DNA from: an uncultured Gemmiger sp.
GTDB taxonomy: Bacteria; Bacillota; Clostridia; Oscillospirales; Ruminococcaceae
Direction of reading: 5' to 3'
Length of the DNA stretch: 64,000 bases
NCBI GenBank assembly: GCA_947631565.1
Contig: CANRLV010000004.1
Coordinates: 1,662 to 65,661, forward strand
Below the pieces are notes generated by a model. It searched no databases, was not told the origin of the DNA, and worked only from the letters and a program-made list of their open reading frames with translations. Positions within the stretch are counted from its first letter, which is position 1; every line of letters starts with the position of its first letter. A program made the translations under genes and the position numbers. Below, piece after piece: positions 1-10,200 of this stretch.

Positions 1-1605
1 CGCGTCGTGCAGGGTCTTGCGCACGGCGCCCACGCCGGCCAGCTCCGCCACGAAGTACTGTTCGATCTTGTCGGCGAGCGGGGTCGTGGTCAAATCAAGC
101 CCAAAAATGGAGGCGTTGTTCAAAATGCCCTTGAGCTGGCCGTGGTAGGTCTCGGGCTTGCCGGCCTCGATGCCGGCGAGCTTGGCCTGCAGGTCGTCCT
201 TGAGCGGGTCGGCGCTGACGTCCATCGCCACGCCGTCGTCGTCCTCGGCCAGCAGGTAGCGCAGCCAGCCGGCCAGCGCCAGCGGGATGGAGACGAGGCT
301 GTTGAGGTCACGCCCCTCGGCGATGTAGCTCTTGATGGTCTCGCCGAAGCGGATGCCCACCTTCTGCGAGGTGTCGGTGGCGATGCGCTGCGGCGCGTCC
401 GGCATGAACGGGTTGGGCAGGCGCTGCTCCACGACCTCGTCGATAAAGGCCTTGGGGTCCAGGATCTTGGGGTCAACGACGACGGGCAGGCCCTCCTGGT
501 AGCCCAGCCGCTTGATGAGGGCCACGATGTCGTCGTCCTTCATCTCGTCGCAGATCAGGGTGTAGCCCAGCATGCAGCCGTACACGCTCATCGCGGTGTG
601 CAGCGGGTTCAGGCAGGTGGTGACCTTCATGCGCTCGGTCTTGTTGACGGTGTCGCGGTCGGTCAGGTAGACGCCGGCCTTCTCCAGCGGCGGGCGGCCG
701 TTCGGGAACTTGTCCTCGATGACCAGGTACTGCGGGCGCTCGGCGTTGACGAAAGCGGCGATAAAGGTGTTCTTGGCCGTGACGATGGGGGCCATGTCCT
801 CGATGTCGTCCTTCTCCAGGCTCTCCTGCACCATCTGGTGCGGGCGCGGGGTGATCTTGTCGATCATGCTCCACGGGAAAGCGATCTTGCTCTCGTCCTC
901 GAGATAATCGATGAAATCCTGCCCGACGAAGCCCTTGTCGAGCCAGGCCTTGGCGACGGTCATGACGCTGGACTGCAGCTTCTCGCCGTTGTGGGAGCAG
1001 TTGTCCATGCTGACGACGGCCAGCGGCAGCGCGCCGGCCTTGTAGCGCTCCAGCAGCATGGCGGCCACAAAGCTCATGGCGTGGCGGGCCTTGGCGGGGC
1101 CCTCGTCCATATCGGCGACGACGACCGGCATCAGGCTGCCGTCGGGGCGGTAGAGCGCGTAGCCCTTCTCGGTGATGGTGAAGGAGATCATCTGCAGCGA
1201 CGGGTCGCGGAAGATCTCTTTGAAGCGGGCGACCTGCGCGGCGTCGGCGCTGTCGGCCTTGAGGCCCTCGGCCACCGAGCCGATGATCTCGCGGCTGGTG
1301 GTGCCGTCGGGGTTCAGGGTGACGTTCATGGTCAGGCAGTCGAACGGGGTGTAGATCTTGTCGATGATGTCATAGTCAAAGGTGTCGGCGGCGATGATGC
1401 CGCGGTCGGCAAGGCCCTCGTTCAGCAGGCGCTGCTGCAAAGCGGCCACAAAGCCGCGGAAGATGTTGCCGGCGCCGAAATGCACCCAGATTGGGTGCGC
1501 TTTGGTGGCGGCGACCATCGCTTCATGGTCAAATTTGGGCAGCGCAACGCCCAGTTTTTCCCATGCCTGCGGGTCTTGTTTGATGGTGCGGGCGGACATT
1601 TTCAT
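1..1605 (-). CDS. uxuB: Mannitol dehydrogenase family protein (probable D-mannonate/fructuronate oxidoreductase); 3' end runs off the window
   Basis: Not in the ORF track; translated by hand from ATG at 1605: MKMSARTIKQDPQAWEKLGVALPKFDHEAMVAATKAHPIWVHFGAGNIFRG. Has the HFGAGNIFR NAD-binding motif, SMDNC, WSMIDKITP and LNPLHT; AGGAG RBS upstream. Confidence 0.8.
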   Translation of the reverse strand, partial: MKMSARTIKQDPQAWEKLGVALPKFDHEAMVAATKAHPIWVHFGAGNIFRGFVAALQQRLLNEGLADRGIIAADTFDYDIIDKIYTPFDCLTMNVTLNPDGTTSREIIGSVAEGLKADSADAAQVARFKEIFRDPSLQMISFTITEKGYALYRPDGSLMPVVVADMDEGPAKARHAMSFVAAMLLERYKAGALPLAVVSMDNCSHNGEKLQSSVMTVAKAWLDKGFVGQDFIDYLEDESKIAFPWSMIDKITPRPHQMVQESLEKDDIEDMAPIVTAKNTFIAAFVNAERPQYLVIEDKFPNGRPPLEKAGVYLTDRDTVNKTERMKVTTCLNPLHTAMSVYGCMLGYTLICDEMKDDDIVALIKRLGYQEGLPVVVDPKILDPKAFIDEVVEQRLPNPFMPDAPQRIATDTSQKVGIRFGETIKSYIAEGRDLNSLVSIPLALAGWLRYLLAEDDDGVAMDVSADPLKDDLQAKLAGIEAGKPETYHGQLKGILNNASIFGLDLTTTPLADKIEQYFVAELAGVGAVRKTLHDA

Positions 1606-1725
1606 AGCAGGTCTCTCCTTTTTAAGTAGGATAGGCGCCGGGGAACGGCGGCAGGGCCGCGGCGGTAAAAACCGGGCAATGTCGCCAAAGTATGCACTGT
1701 ATGCGCGCAATTTTTGGTGATTTTC

Positions 1726-1754
1726 ATTATAACACATCCCGCGCCGCCGTGCAA
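1726..1754 (-). promoter_or_regulatory. Sigma-A-like promoter of uxuB
   Basis: Minus strand TTGCAC-N17-TATAAT; a GCATAC direct repeat at about 1690-1704 downstream may be an operator. Confidence 0.55.
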
Positions 1755-1888
1755 TGACTTAAAAAATGATACTAGAAAATCCAAAAATTTTACGGCCCCG
1801 CCGCCCCGCCGCCCCGCCCGGCTTGCGCAAAATCCCAAAAGCGTGTACAATGTAGGAAAGTTTTTTGTCAAAGGGGGGCGCGGCGCTG

Positions 1889-2458
1889 ATGGCCCAGCGG
1901 CAAGCGGCGCAGCCGCGCTGTGCCGGCGGCATCGCCTACACGCTGGTGCGCCGTCGGGTCAAAAACATCAACCTGCGCGTGCGGGCGGACGGCAGCGTTG
2001 CCGCCAGCGCCCACCGGCTGGTGCCGGCGGCGGCGGTGGATGCCTTTGTGGCCGCCCGCGCCGACTGGGTGCGCGCCGCGCAGGGGCGTCTCGCCGCCCG
2101 CCGCGCCGCTGAGGCGGCCGCCCCGCCCCTGCCGGACAAAGCGGCGGCGCTCGCGCAAATGCAGGCGCTGTGCCGGGCATACTATCCGCAGTTCGCCGCC
2201 GCCTGCCCGGGCGGGCGTATGCCGCGGGTGGCTGTGCGGGACATGAACACCCGCTGGGGCTCCTGCAGCCTGCGCACCGGCACGCTGGCCTTTGCCCGGC
2301 GCCTGTGCGCGCAGCCGCCGGCGGCGCAGGAGTATGTGGTGGTGCACGAGTACTGCCATTTCCTCCACCCCGATCACAGCCCCGCCTTTTGGGCCGAGGT
2401 CGCCCGCCATCTGCCGGACTACGCGGCGCGGCAGGCGCTGCTGCGCCGCGGGGCATAG
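1889..2458 (+). CDS. YgjP/SprT-like (DUF45, M48-type) zinc metallohydrolase
   Basis: RRVKNINLRV, TRWGSCS and YVVVHEYCH (HExxH), HSPAFW motifs; GGGGG RBS before ATG 1889. Confidence 0.85.
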   Translation: MAQRQAAQPRCAGGIAYTLVRRRVKNINLRVRADGSVAASAHRLVPAAAVDAFVAARADWVRAAQGRLAARRAAEAAAPPLPDKAAALAQMQALCRAYYPQFAAACPGGRMPRVAVRDMNTRWGSCSLRTGTLAFARRLCAQPPAAQEYVVVHEYCHFLHPDHSPAFWAEVARHLPDYAARQALLRRGA

Positions 2459-2494
2459 CATGGCACACAAGACCGACAGAAAGGAGGCCGCCGT

Positions 2495-3925
2495 ATGCCG
2501 GGGGAGCAAAAGTACAAGACGCTGGTCAGCAACACGCTGCTGTTCGCCATCTCCAACTTCAGCTCCAAATTTTTGAGCATCTTTATCCGCATCTACCTGA
2601 GTTACGCGTTCGAAAGCCCGGACGTGATGGGCGTTTCGACCCTGATGCAGCAGGTGGCCAATCTTCTGATACCCGTCATCAGCCTTGGCATGAGCTACGG
2701 CGTCATCCGCTTCGGGCTCGACAAAAACCAGGACAAGGCCAGCGTCTTCATGGGCGGGCTGGCCAGCATCGTGACCGGCTTCTGCGGCATGGTGGTGCTG
2801 TGGCCGCTGGTGCGGCTCATCCCCAATGCGGCCGAGTATCTGGTGCTGCTCTACCTGTGCGTGCTGGTCAGCTGCCTGCGCACGCTGTGCACCCAGTTCA
2901 TCCGCAGCCGGCTGCTCAACCGCCTGGTCGCCGTCGACGGCGTCTTGACCACGTTCTCGCTGTTTTTGTTCTATCTGCTGTTTTTGAACGTGCTGCACAT
3001 GGGTGCCGCCGGCTATCTTTTGGCCATGGCCTGCTCCGACGCGCTGTCGGCCGTGTTCGTGTTCATCGCCGGGCGCTGCGCGCCGTACTGCAAGCCGCAA
3101 AAATTCGACCGGCGGCTCTGGGCCGAGATGCTGCGCTACTGCATCCCGATGATCCCGGCCTCGATCAGCTTTTGGATCATCAACGCGTCGGATATGTTCT
3201 ATGTGCAGGCGATGGGCGGCGGCTACCAGGGCCGCAGCGGCGAGTACTGGGTGGGGCTGCTCTCGGCCGGGTACTTTCTGCCGCAGGTCATCACCATCAT
3301 GGGCACCATCTTTTTTGAGGCGTGGCAGCTCTCGGCCGTGACCGAGGAGGAGGAGCGCGCGGCCTTCTTCTCCAGCGTGTTCCGCGTCTATGCCAGCGTT
3401 TTGTTCTGCTGCGTGGCGGGCATCGTGCTGCTGTGCCGGCCGCTGATGCTGCTCTTCCGCTCCGACTACTACGACGCCTGGCACATGGTGCCGTTTTTGG
3501 CCCTGAGCTCGCTGTGCACCTGCCTGAACCAGTTTTTGAACACCGTGTATGTGGTGTACAAGCGCTCGACCTATTCGCTGTACACGATGCTGGCGGGGGC
3601 GGTCCTCAACCTCATCCTCAACTACTTCTTCATCCTCGCGTTCGGGCCGTGGGGCGTCACGCTGGCCAGCTTTCTGTCGCTGCTGCTCGTGTTTTTGCTG
3701 CGCGCCCGCTCCACGCGGGGCCTTTTGGAGATCGATTTCCACCCCCGCTGGCTGCTGCTCAACCTCGCCTTTGTGCTGATTGAGATCTGGCTGCTGATGA
3801 CCGCCGGGGCCTGGGTGCTGCCGGTCACCATCGCCACCGCGGCCACCGTCGGCCTCAACTTCCGCGAGGTGTGGCACATGGCGCAGAAGATGCTGGGCAT
3901 GGTCAAGGGCCGCCTGCGGCGCTGA
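2495..3925 (+). CDS. Polysaccharide/oligosaccharide flippase (Wzx/MATE-like)
   Basis: 476 aa, about 12-14 hydrophobic segments, N-terminal NTLLFAISNFSSK typical of polysaccharide biosynthesis exporters; GGAGG RBS. Confidence 0.8.
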   Translation: MPGEQKYKTLVSNTLLFAISNFSSKFLSIFIRIYLSYAFESPDVMGVSTLMQQVANLLIPVISLGMSYGVIRFGLDKNQDKASVFMGGLASIVTGFCGMVVLWPLVRLIPNAAEYLVLLYLCVLVSCLRTLCTQFIRSRLLNRLVAVDGVLTTFSLFLFYLLFLNVLHMGAAGYLLAMACSDALSAVFVFIAGRCAPYCKPQKFDRRLWAEMLRYCIPMIPASISFWIINASDMFYVQAMGGGYQGRSGEYWVGLLSAGYFLPQVITIMGTIFFEAWQLSAVTEEEERAAFFSSVFRVYASVLFCCVAGIVLLCRPLMLLFRSDYYDAWHMVPFLALSSLCTCLNQFLNTVYVVYKRSTYSLYTMLAGAVLNLILNYFFILAFGPWGVTLASFLSLLLVFLLRARSTRGLLEIDFHPRWLLLNLAFVLIEIWLLMTAGAWVLPVTIATAATVGLNFREVWHMAQKMLGMVKGRLRR

Positions 3926-3942
3926 AAAATCGTGAAGTATGC

Positions 3943-4216
3943 GATGCGGGCACGGTGTGCCCGCATTTCAGACTGTCAAAAAAGAACGATTTCAAATCCA
4001 TCGTCCTCGGCGGGCGTGTACCGACGAGGACGATACCTCTAGAGCAAAAAATATTGTTCGAGTCGCCTTTAGGCATGAGAACGATATTTTTTGCGACGGG
4101 GTGTGTCCAAGAGAGGGGTGCAGGCGGACCGGCGCAGCCAGTAACGCCGAACCCCTCTTTTGCAGCGTGTCGAATTTTTCGACACGCTGGGATGCGGGCA
4201 CGGTGTGCCCGCATTT
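3943..4216. mobile_element. MITE-like element (3969-4189) flanked by a 26-bp duplicated stem-loop
   Basis: GATGCGGGCACGGTGTGCCCGCATTT at 3943-3968 and 4191-4216; imperfect terminal inverted ends CAGACTGTCAAAAA ... TTTTTCGACACGCTG; several internal hairpins; no convincing gene. Confidence 0.65.
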
Positions 4217-4221
4217 TTGCA

Positions 4222-4250
4222 TTGCCTGCCGGCAAAAACTGTGTTATAAT
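4222..4250 (+). promoter_or_regulatory. Sigma-A-like promoter of the AAA ATPase gene
   Basis: TTGCCT-N17-TATAAT with a TG extended -10. Confidence 0.6.
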
Positions 4251-4286
4251 CAACGCAAGTGCTTTTGTTTTGGAAGGGGGCCCCCG

Positions 4287-6350
4287 ATGGGTCTGGAAGA
4301 ACAGTATGACGCCTGGGTGAAGAGCCTGACCGGCCCCGGCCGCGCCGCCACCCCCGCCGAGGCTGATGCCGCCGCCGAGACGGTGCGCCAGATGCAGGCC
4401 CAGCTGGACGCGATGGCCGGGCGCCGATCCGCCCCCCGCGCCGGCAATGCGCTCTCGGCCGTGCAGAAGGCCGGCGTCGCCGCCGCCGAGGCCACGGCCG
4501 AGAACGTGCGCAGGATGAGCAGCGAGCTGACCCACAGCCTGCGCCAGGACGGGCTGCTGTCCGGCGCCGGGGCCCCTGCTCCCGCGCCCGTGGACACCGC
4601 CAAAAATGCGAATTTTGACGGTCTGGCCGCCGAGGTCGGCACCGCCGTGCTGGGGCAGGACGCCTTTGTGGCCGCCGTGGTCAAGGCGTTCCGCCGCCCC
4701 TTTGTGATGGGCGGCGGCGACGATGCCCATGCCCGCAACCTGATGCTGCTGTGCGGGCCGGCCGGCACCGGCCGCCACTATACCTTACAGTGCGTGGTCG
4801 AGGCGATGGCCAAACGCGGCCTGCTGTCGAGCGCCGAGGTCGAGACGATGGACCTTTCGCTCTACCCCGGCCCGGCGCAGGAAAAGCTGTTTTTGCAGGA
4901 CCTGTACGCGGCGCTGCAAAGCCCGGCGCAGGTGCTGGCCTTTGACCACTATGCCGGCTGCGCCGCCAACCACCTGAATATGCTGGCTACCTTGGCCACC
5001 GAGGGCACGCTGCCGCTGGCCAACCGCTATGTGCTGCAGCGCGGCATCCTCGTCGACGTGGGCACGGCGCTGGCGCCCGGCGCCATCGGCGAGCTGCGGG
5101 CGGGCGGCAAATACTTTGTGTTTTTCTCGGACAAAGACGAGGCCGACGTGGCCGAGCGCTTCGGCGCCCGCTTTGTGGACGCGCTCTCCGGCGACATCTG
5201 CCGCGCCGAGCCCTTCACCCCGCAGGCGCTGGCCGCCGTGGCGGCGCGGGAGCTCAACGAGCTGGCCCAGCGCACCAAGAACCGCTGCGGCCTTGTGCTG
5301 AAGATGGGCGCCGATCTGCGCGACCTGATGGCCGAACAGTACGGCAAGGCGGGCGGTATGCAGGCCATCCGTGACTTTGCCGACACGCTGTTCCGCGCCC
5401 TGGCCGAGTATGTGCTGGACGCCGACCCCGCGCCCAGGCCCGGCAGCGTGCTGGTGCTGACGGCCGAAAACGGCCGGGTGACGGCCGCCGCCGCGGGCGG
5501 CGAGGCGTTCGACCTGCTGGCGCTGCTGCCGCAGCAGTACCGCGGCGACGTCGACGCCGTCGAGGCCGAGCTCGACGAGATCGTAGGTCTCGACGAGATC
5601 AAGAATTATGTGCGTGACATCGCCAAAAACGTGCAGGCGCAGCAGCGCCGCAAGGCCGAGGGCCACAAGGTGGCCGAGCTCAATATGCACATGATCTTCA
5701 CCGGCAGCCCCGGCACCGGCAAGACCACCATCGCCCGCATCCTGGCCAAGTATCTCAAGGCCATCGGCGCGCTGCGCGGCGGGCAGCTGGTCGAGGTGAC
5801 CCGCGCCGACCTGGTGGGGCGCTACGTCGGCCACACGGCGCCGCTGACCAACTCGGTCATCCAGAGCGCGCTGGGCGGCGTGCTGTTCATCGACGAGGCC
5901 TACAGCCTGTACCGCGGCAACGACGACAGCTTCGGCATGGAGGCCATCGACACGCTGGTCAAGGGCATCGAGGACCACCGCGACGACCTCGTCGTCATCC
6001 TCGCCGGCTACACCAAAGAGATGCAGGTCTTTTTGACCGCCAACTCGGGGCTGGCGAGCCGCTTCCCCAACCAGATCGAGTTCCCCGACTACACCGACGA
6101 GGAGCTGTGGCGCATCACGCTGTCCATCGCCAAGAGCAAGGGCTATGTGCTGGACCCCGCCTGCGAGATGCCGCTGATGACCTGGTATGCCCGCAAGCAG
6201 ATCGAGGACGCGGCCAAAAACGGCAACGGCCGCATGGCCCGCAACGTGCTGGAGAAGGCCATCCTCAACCAATCCAAGCGTCTCGTCGCCGACCCCGACG
6301 CCCCGCTCGACACGCTGCTGCCCGGCGACTTTGACCTGGACGAAGAATAA
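4287..6350 (+). CDS. Tandem AAA+ ATPase: degenerate Clp-NBD2-like N-domain plus CbbX/SpoVK-like C-domain
   Basis: Start moved to ATG 4287 (GGAAGGGGG RBS). C-domain has HMIFTGSPGTGKTT, LVGRYVGHT, GGVLFIDEAYSL and GNGRMARN; N-domain has LGQD...CGPAGTGRH. Confidence 0.8.
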   Translation: MGLEEQYDAWVKSLTGPGRAATPAEADAAAETVRQMQAQLDAMAGRRSAPRAGNALSAVQKAGVAAAEATAENVRRMSSELTHSLRQDGLLSGAGAPAPAPVDTAKNANFDGLAAEVGTAVLGQDAFVAAVVKAFRRPFVMGGGDDAHARNLMLLCGPAGTGRHYTLQCVVEAMAKRGLLSSAEVETMDLSLYPGPAQEKLFLQDLYAALQSPAQVLAFDHYAGCAANHLNMLATLATEGTLPLANRYVLQRGILVDVGTALAPGAIGELRAGGKYFVFFSDKDEADVAERFGARFVDALSGDICRAEPFTPQALAAVAARELNELAQRTKNRCGLVLKMGADLRDLMAEQYGKAGGMQAIRDFADTLFRALAEYVLDADPAPRPGSVLVLTAENGRVTAAAAGGEAFDLLALLPQQYRGDVDAVEAELDEIVGLDEIKNYVRDIAKNVQAQQRRKAEGHKVAELNMHMIFTGSPGTGKTTIARILAKYLKAIGALRGGQLVEVTRADLVGRYVGHTAPLTNSVIQSALGGVLFIDEAYSLYRGNDDSFGMEAIDTLVKGIEDHRDDLVVILAGYTKEMQVFLTANSGLASRFPNQIEFPDYTDEELWRITLSIAKSKGYVLDPACEMPLMTWYARKQIEDAAKNGNGRMARNVLEKAILNQSKRLVADPDAPLDTLLPGDFDLDEE

Positions 6351-6389
6351 GTTTTGCCCTGCCTTTTTGGCCAACGATCGGGAGATGAT

Positions 6390-7259
6390 ATGATGAAATG
6401 GCGCCGTGCCCTGGTTTTGCCCCTGCTGTTTGTCCTGCTGCTCGCGCTGGCGGCGAGTGGCTGCTCCGCCGCGCTGCACAGCAGCGGCAAGGTGCTGCGC
6501 GTCGGCGTGCGCAGCGATATCCCGGATTTCGGCTACCAGAACCCCGATTCCGGCCGCTTTTACGGCATGGAGATCGACATCGCCGAGGAGCTGGCCCGCC
6601 GTTTGGGCTATACGCCCGAGTGGGTGGCGGACACGGCCGAGGCCCGGGCCGAATTGCTCGAGGACGGCACTGTGGACTGCCTGATCGCCTGCTACACCAT
6701 CACCGACGAGCGCCGCGAGCAGTTCGATTTCTCGGCCCCCTATTACCATGACGAGACGGTGGCCGTGGCGGAGTTGAGCTGCCTGTTTGGCTGGTTCCAG
6801 TCGCTGCGCAGCGCACGCATCGGTGTGCTGGAGGGCTCGACCGCCGCCGACCTGTTCACGGCCGGCATGGAGAGCTTTGGTTACCACGAAAAAACAGGCG
6901 GCAGCAAGGAAGGCTATACCTTCGCCGTCTACGGTTCCTATGACGAGCTTTCCGAGGCGCTGGAGCGCGGCGATATCGACGCCATGTGCATGGACCACAG
7001 CATCGCCAAAAAATACATGAACACCGGGATGGGCCGGAACGACAACACCCTGACCGGGGATGACCCGGACGCAGTGCAGGAGGGCGACCTTGAGGGCACC
7101 ATCGCGGGCGACCGCGTAAGCTATGTGGTGCCCGGCGGCGCACAGGCCTACGGCGTGGCCACCATCAAGGGTTCTCCCCTCAGCGCGCCCATCGCCGCCG
7201 CCATCGACGAAATGCTGGCCGACGGCACCATCGAGGCCATCTGCGAGAAGTGGGCGTAA
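6390..7259 (+). CDS. Polar amino-acid substrate-binding lipoprotein (SBP_bac_3, PEB1/GlnH-like)
   Basis: Lipobox LAASGC; LRVGVRSDIPDFGY, GMEIDIAEELA, YTITDERREQFDFSAPYY and IGVLEGSTA motifs. Confidence 0.85.
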   Translation: MMKWRRALVLPLLFVLLLALAASGCSAALHSSGKVLRVGVRSDIPDFGYQNPDSGRFYGMEIDIAEELARRLGYTPEWVADTAEARAELLEDGTVDCLIACYTITDERREQFDFSAPYYHDETVAVAELSCLFGWFQSLRSARIGVLEGSTAADLFTAGMESFGYHEKTGGSKEGYTFAVYGSYDELSEALERGDIDAMCMDHSIAKKYMNTGMGRNDNTLTGDDPDAVQEGDLEGTIAGDRVSYVVPGGAQAYGVATIKGSPLSAPIAAAIDEMLADGTIEAICEKWA

Positions 7260-7271
7260 GGGGGTAGGAAC

Positions 7272-10200
7272 ATGCGGTATCTGCGCAAACACCGGCGCCT
7301 TTTCATGGGCCTGGTCGAGGCCGTTTTTCTGGCGGCACTGTGCGGGTTTTTGCTCTGGATGCAGGGCACCCTTTCCACCGCCTCCCAGCAGCGGGAGATG
7401 CACGCGAAGGTCGAGCAGCTTCGTCAGGGGTTCGGCTCCGTTGACGAGGTGGAGCTGCGGGAGGCAGATCTGTTCGATGCCCGGTACGGCCAGTGGGTCA
7501 TGACCATCGCCTACGGTATCCGCCACGGTGCGATCCAGGCCACCCGGTCAGGCCTGACGGACCTGTGCGATATCCTGAATGCACAGACCGATGAAGCGGG
7601 CATGATCACCAATCTGCTGGTGGTCGACCTCAAGGGCCGCAAGCTGGCAAGCGCCCATGACTCCCCGGCCGACTTTTCCGCCGCCCGCTTCCACCAGCTG
7701 CTGTATGTCTTTGAGGACCCGGACCATCCTTCGGTCACCGACGAGGAGTATTGCACCTCGTGGCCGTTCAGCGTCACCTTCAGCGAGGAGGAACGGTATC
7801 GCTACTACGGCGCCGCCATTGATGAAAACCGCATCGCCGTGATCGAGCAGGATCCCACGGTGCTGGATGGGATGCTGGCCGATGCCAACGTGTGGAGCAG
7901 CCTGTTCAACACCGTGAATGTGGGCGAGGACGGGTGCAGCTTTGTCGTCAGCAAGCGGGACGGCACCTTCCGCTACCATTCCGACCCCGAGCTGATCGGC
8001 TGCGACGCCATCGCCGCCGGCGTGGATGTGAACGCGCTGGAGGACGGCGCCTGCCTGTGGATGACCGTCAACGGTGAGGACCTGTACTGCGGCGTGGTCG
8101 AGGATGAAGACTGCTTCGCCGTCTGCGCCATCACCGAGGAGGAATTCCACGCCTTCAACACCACCACCGTGGTGGTCGTGCTGCTGTGCTTCTTTGTCGT
8201 CATCACCGCCTTTATCGCCTACGCCGTTCTGCTGCAGGAGCATCGGCGTCCGCCCGCCGCCGGCGAGAAGGATGTGCGCCGCTGCGTGACGGTGCTCGGC
8301 TTCAAGTATGACGGCTACAAGATGCGCCGCCTGCTCACCGGGTCCGTCATCGGGCTGCTGGTGGTGTTCGTGAGCGCGTATTATATGCAGACGCTGTTCA
8401 GCCTGTCCTCGGCCTCGACGAACAATGCCTACCGCCTGCAGGAGGTCGACAACACGCTGGCCCGCAAGCAGGACAGCATCGACAATATCAGCGACCAGCT
8501 CACCGAGAGCGTTACGGTCAAGATCGCCCTTGCCGCCGAGATCCTGAACGCCCGCCCGGAGCTGATCAACGACACCGACCTCAATCTGCTGTCCGGTATG
8601 CTGGTGGCTCCTTATGTGGCGGTGTACGATGAGAACGCACGCATCGTTGCCACCAACTCCGGCTACAAGGGCTTCCGGCTGAGCGACGATCCCGACGACG
8701 TGACCAGCAACTTCTGGGATCTGTATCAGGGGTACGATTCCTATGTGGACGATGAGCCCAAGCCGGACGAGCTGCAGTACGCCGCCCACACGCTGCGGGA
8801 TGAACACGGTGTCGTCACCGGCATCGTCGTACTGGCTGTTCCCCCGGACGCCGAGTACCTGGATGTGCTGGAGGTCGGCTCGGTGCTCAAGGACATCAGC
8901 TACGGCGAGAACGGCTTTGCCTTTGCCGTCTCGCGCGAGACCGGAGAGCTCGTCTATTATCCCGACGACCGCTTTATCGGCCACCCGGCCGGGGAGATCG
9001 GTCTGCCGACGGCGCTGCTGGGCGATACCAGCGCCGGCTATGCCACGCTGCTGGGCGAGCGTTACTTCGTTTCCACCATAGAGACGAACGACAACTACAT
9101 CTGCATCGCAGCGCCGGATGCAGACCTTACCGCCTGGCGCCTGTCGCTGACCCTGGCGGCGGCCGGGTTCAGCTTCGTCTGCCTGCTGCTGGTCAGCCTG
9201 CTCAACTTTGAGGAGGACAGCCCCGCCCTGCTGCGGCGCGCCAAGGGCCCCGAGCCCGCCGAACCGGGCGCGGCCTGCTCCCTGCCCCGCTGGGAGGCGG
9301 AGCTCACCCGCCTGGGCCAGGAACGCCTGCGTGAGGATGCCAAGGCTCCCGAGCACAGCGTGATGGCGCTGCTGCAAAAGCTGCTGATGGTGCTGTCGGT
9401 GCTGATCACGGTGACGGTGCTCTTTGCCGAGAAATTCTATGACCCCAACTCGGTGCTGCGCTACGTCATCGAGGGCGGCTGGCAGCGCGGCGTCAACATC
9501 TTTGCCTTTACCGGCTGCCTGCTGCTGATCTGCGCGCTGTACACCGGCATCATCCTCTGCAACCAGATCCTGAGCCTGTTCAGCGTCATCGCCGATGCGC
9601 GCGGCCGTACCATCTGCCAGCTGTTCGGCAATATCATCAAATACACGCTGGTCTTGGTGGGCGTATATTACTGTCTGGCCATGCTCGGCGTCGACACCGC
9701 CACCCTCGTTGCCTCGGCCGGCATCTTCTCGCTGGTCATCGGCCTTGGCGCCCAGAGCCTGATCAACGATATCCTGGCCGGCCTGTTCATCATCTTTGAA
9801 GGGCAGTTCCACGTCGGCGACATCGTGACCATCGGCGACTGGCGCGGCACCGTGACCTCCATCGGCCTGCGCACCACGCGCATCGAGAACAGCTACGGTG
9901 ACGTCAAGAGCATCTCCAACCATACCGTGACCGGCGTCGTCAACCGCACGCAGAAGCCCTCGACGGCCAAGGTCGATCTGTTCATCCCCGCCAACTGCTC
10001 GCTGTCCGCCATCGAGGCCCTGCTGCCGCAGGCATTGCCCGAGATCGGCCGTCGCCTGTCGGCCATCCAGAACGGACCGTTCTACCGCGGCGTGGTCACG
10101 GCCAACAACATCGGCATAACGGTGCGCTTTACCGCCCGCTGTGCCGAGCAGGACCGCAGCCAGCTCACCCGCGATATGACCCGCGCCCTGCGCCTGATGC

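Noticed and set aside
7-1629. 540-aa plus-strand ORF and similar long antisense ORFs (e.g. 1868-3877, 4785-7526, 7548-10376, 20206-23349, 26795-28660, 56675-58816)
   Set aside because: Shadow frames opposite real genes, expected from high GC3 bias; no recognisable motifs.
3943-4216. Palindromic direct repeats as a CRISPR array
   Set aside because: Only two copies about 220 bp apart and no cas genes.
3939-4286. N-terminal extension of the AAA ORF (803-aa version)
   Set aside because: Runs through the MITE and promoter; RBS and promoter support ATG 4287.
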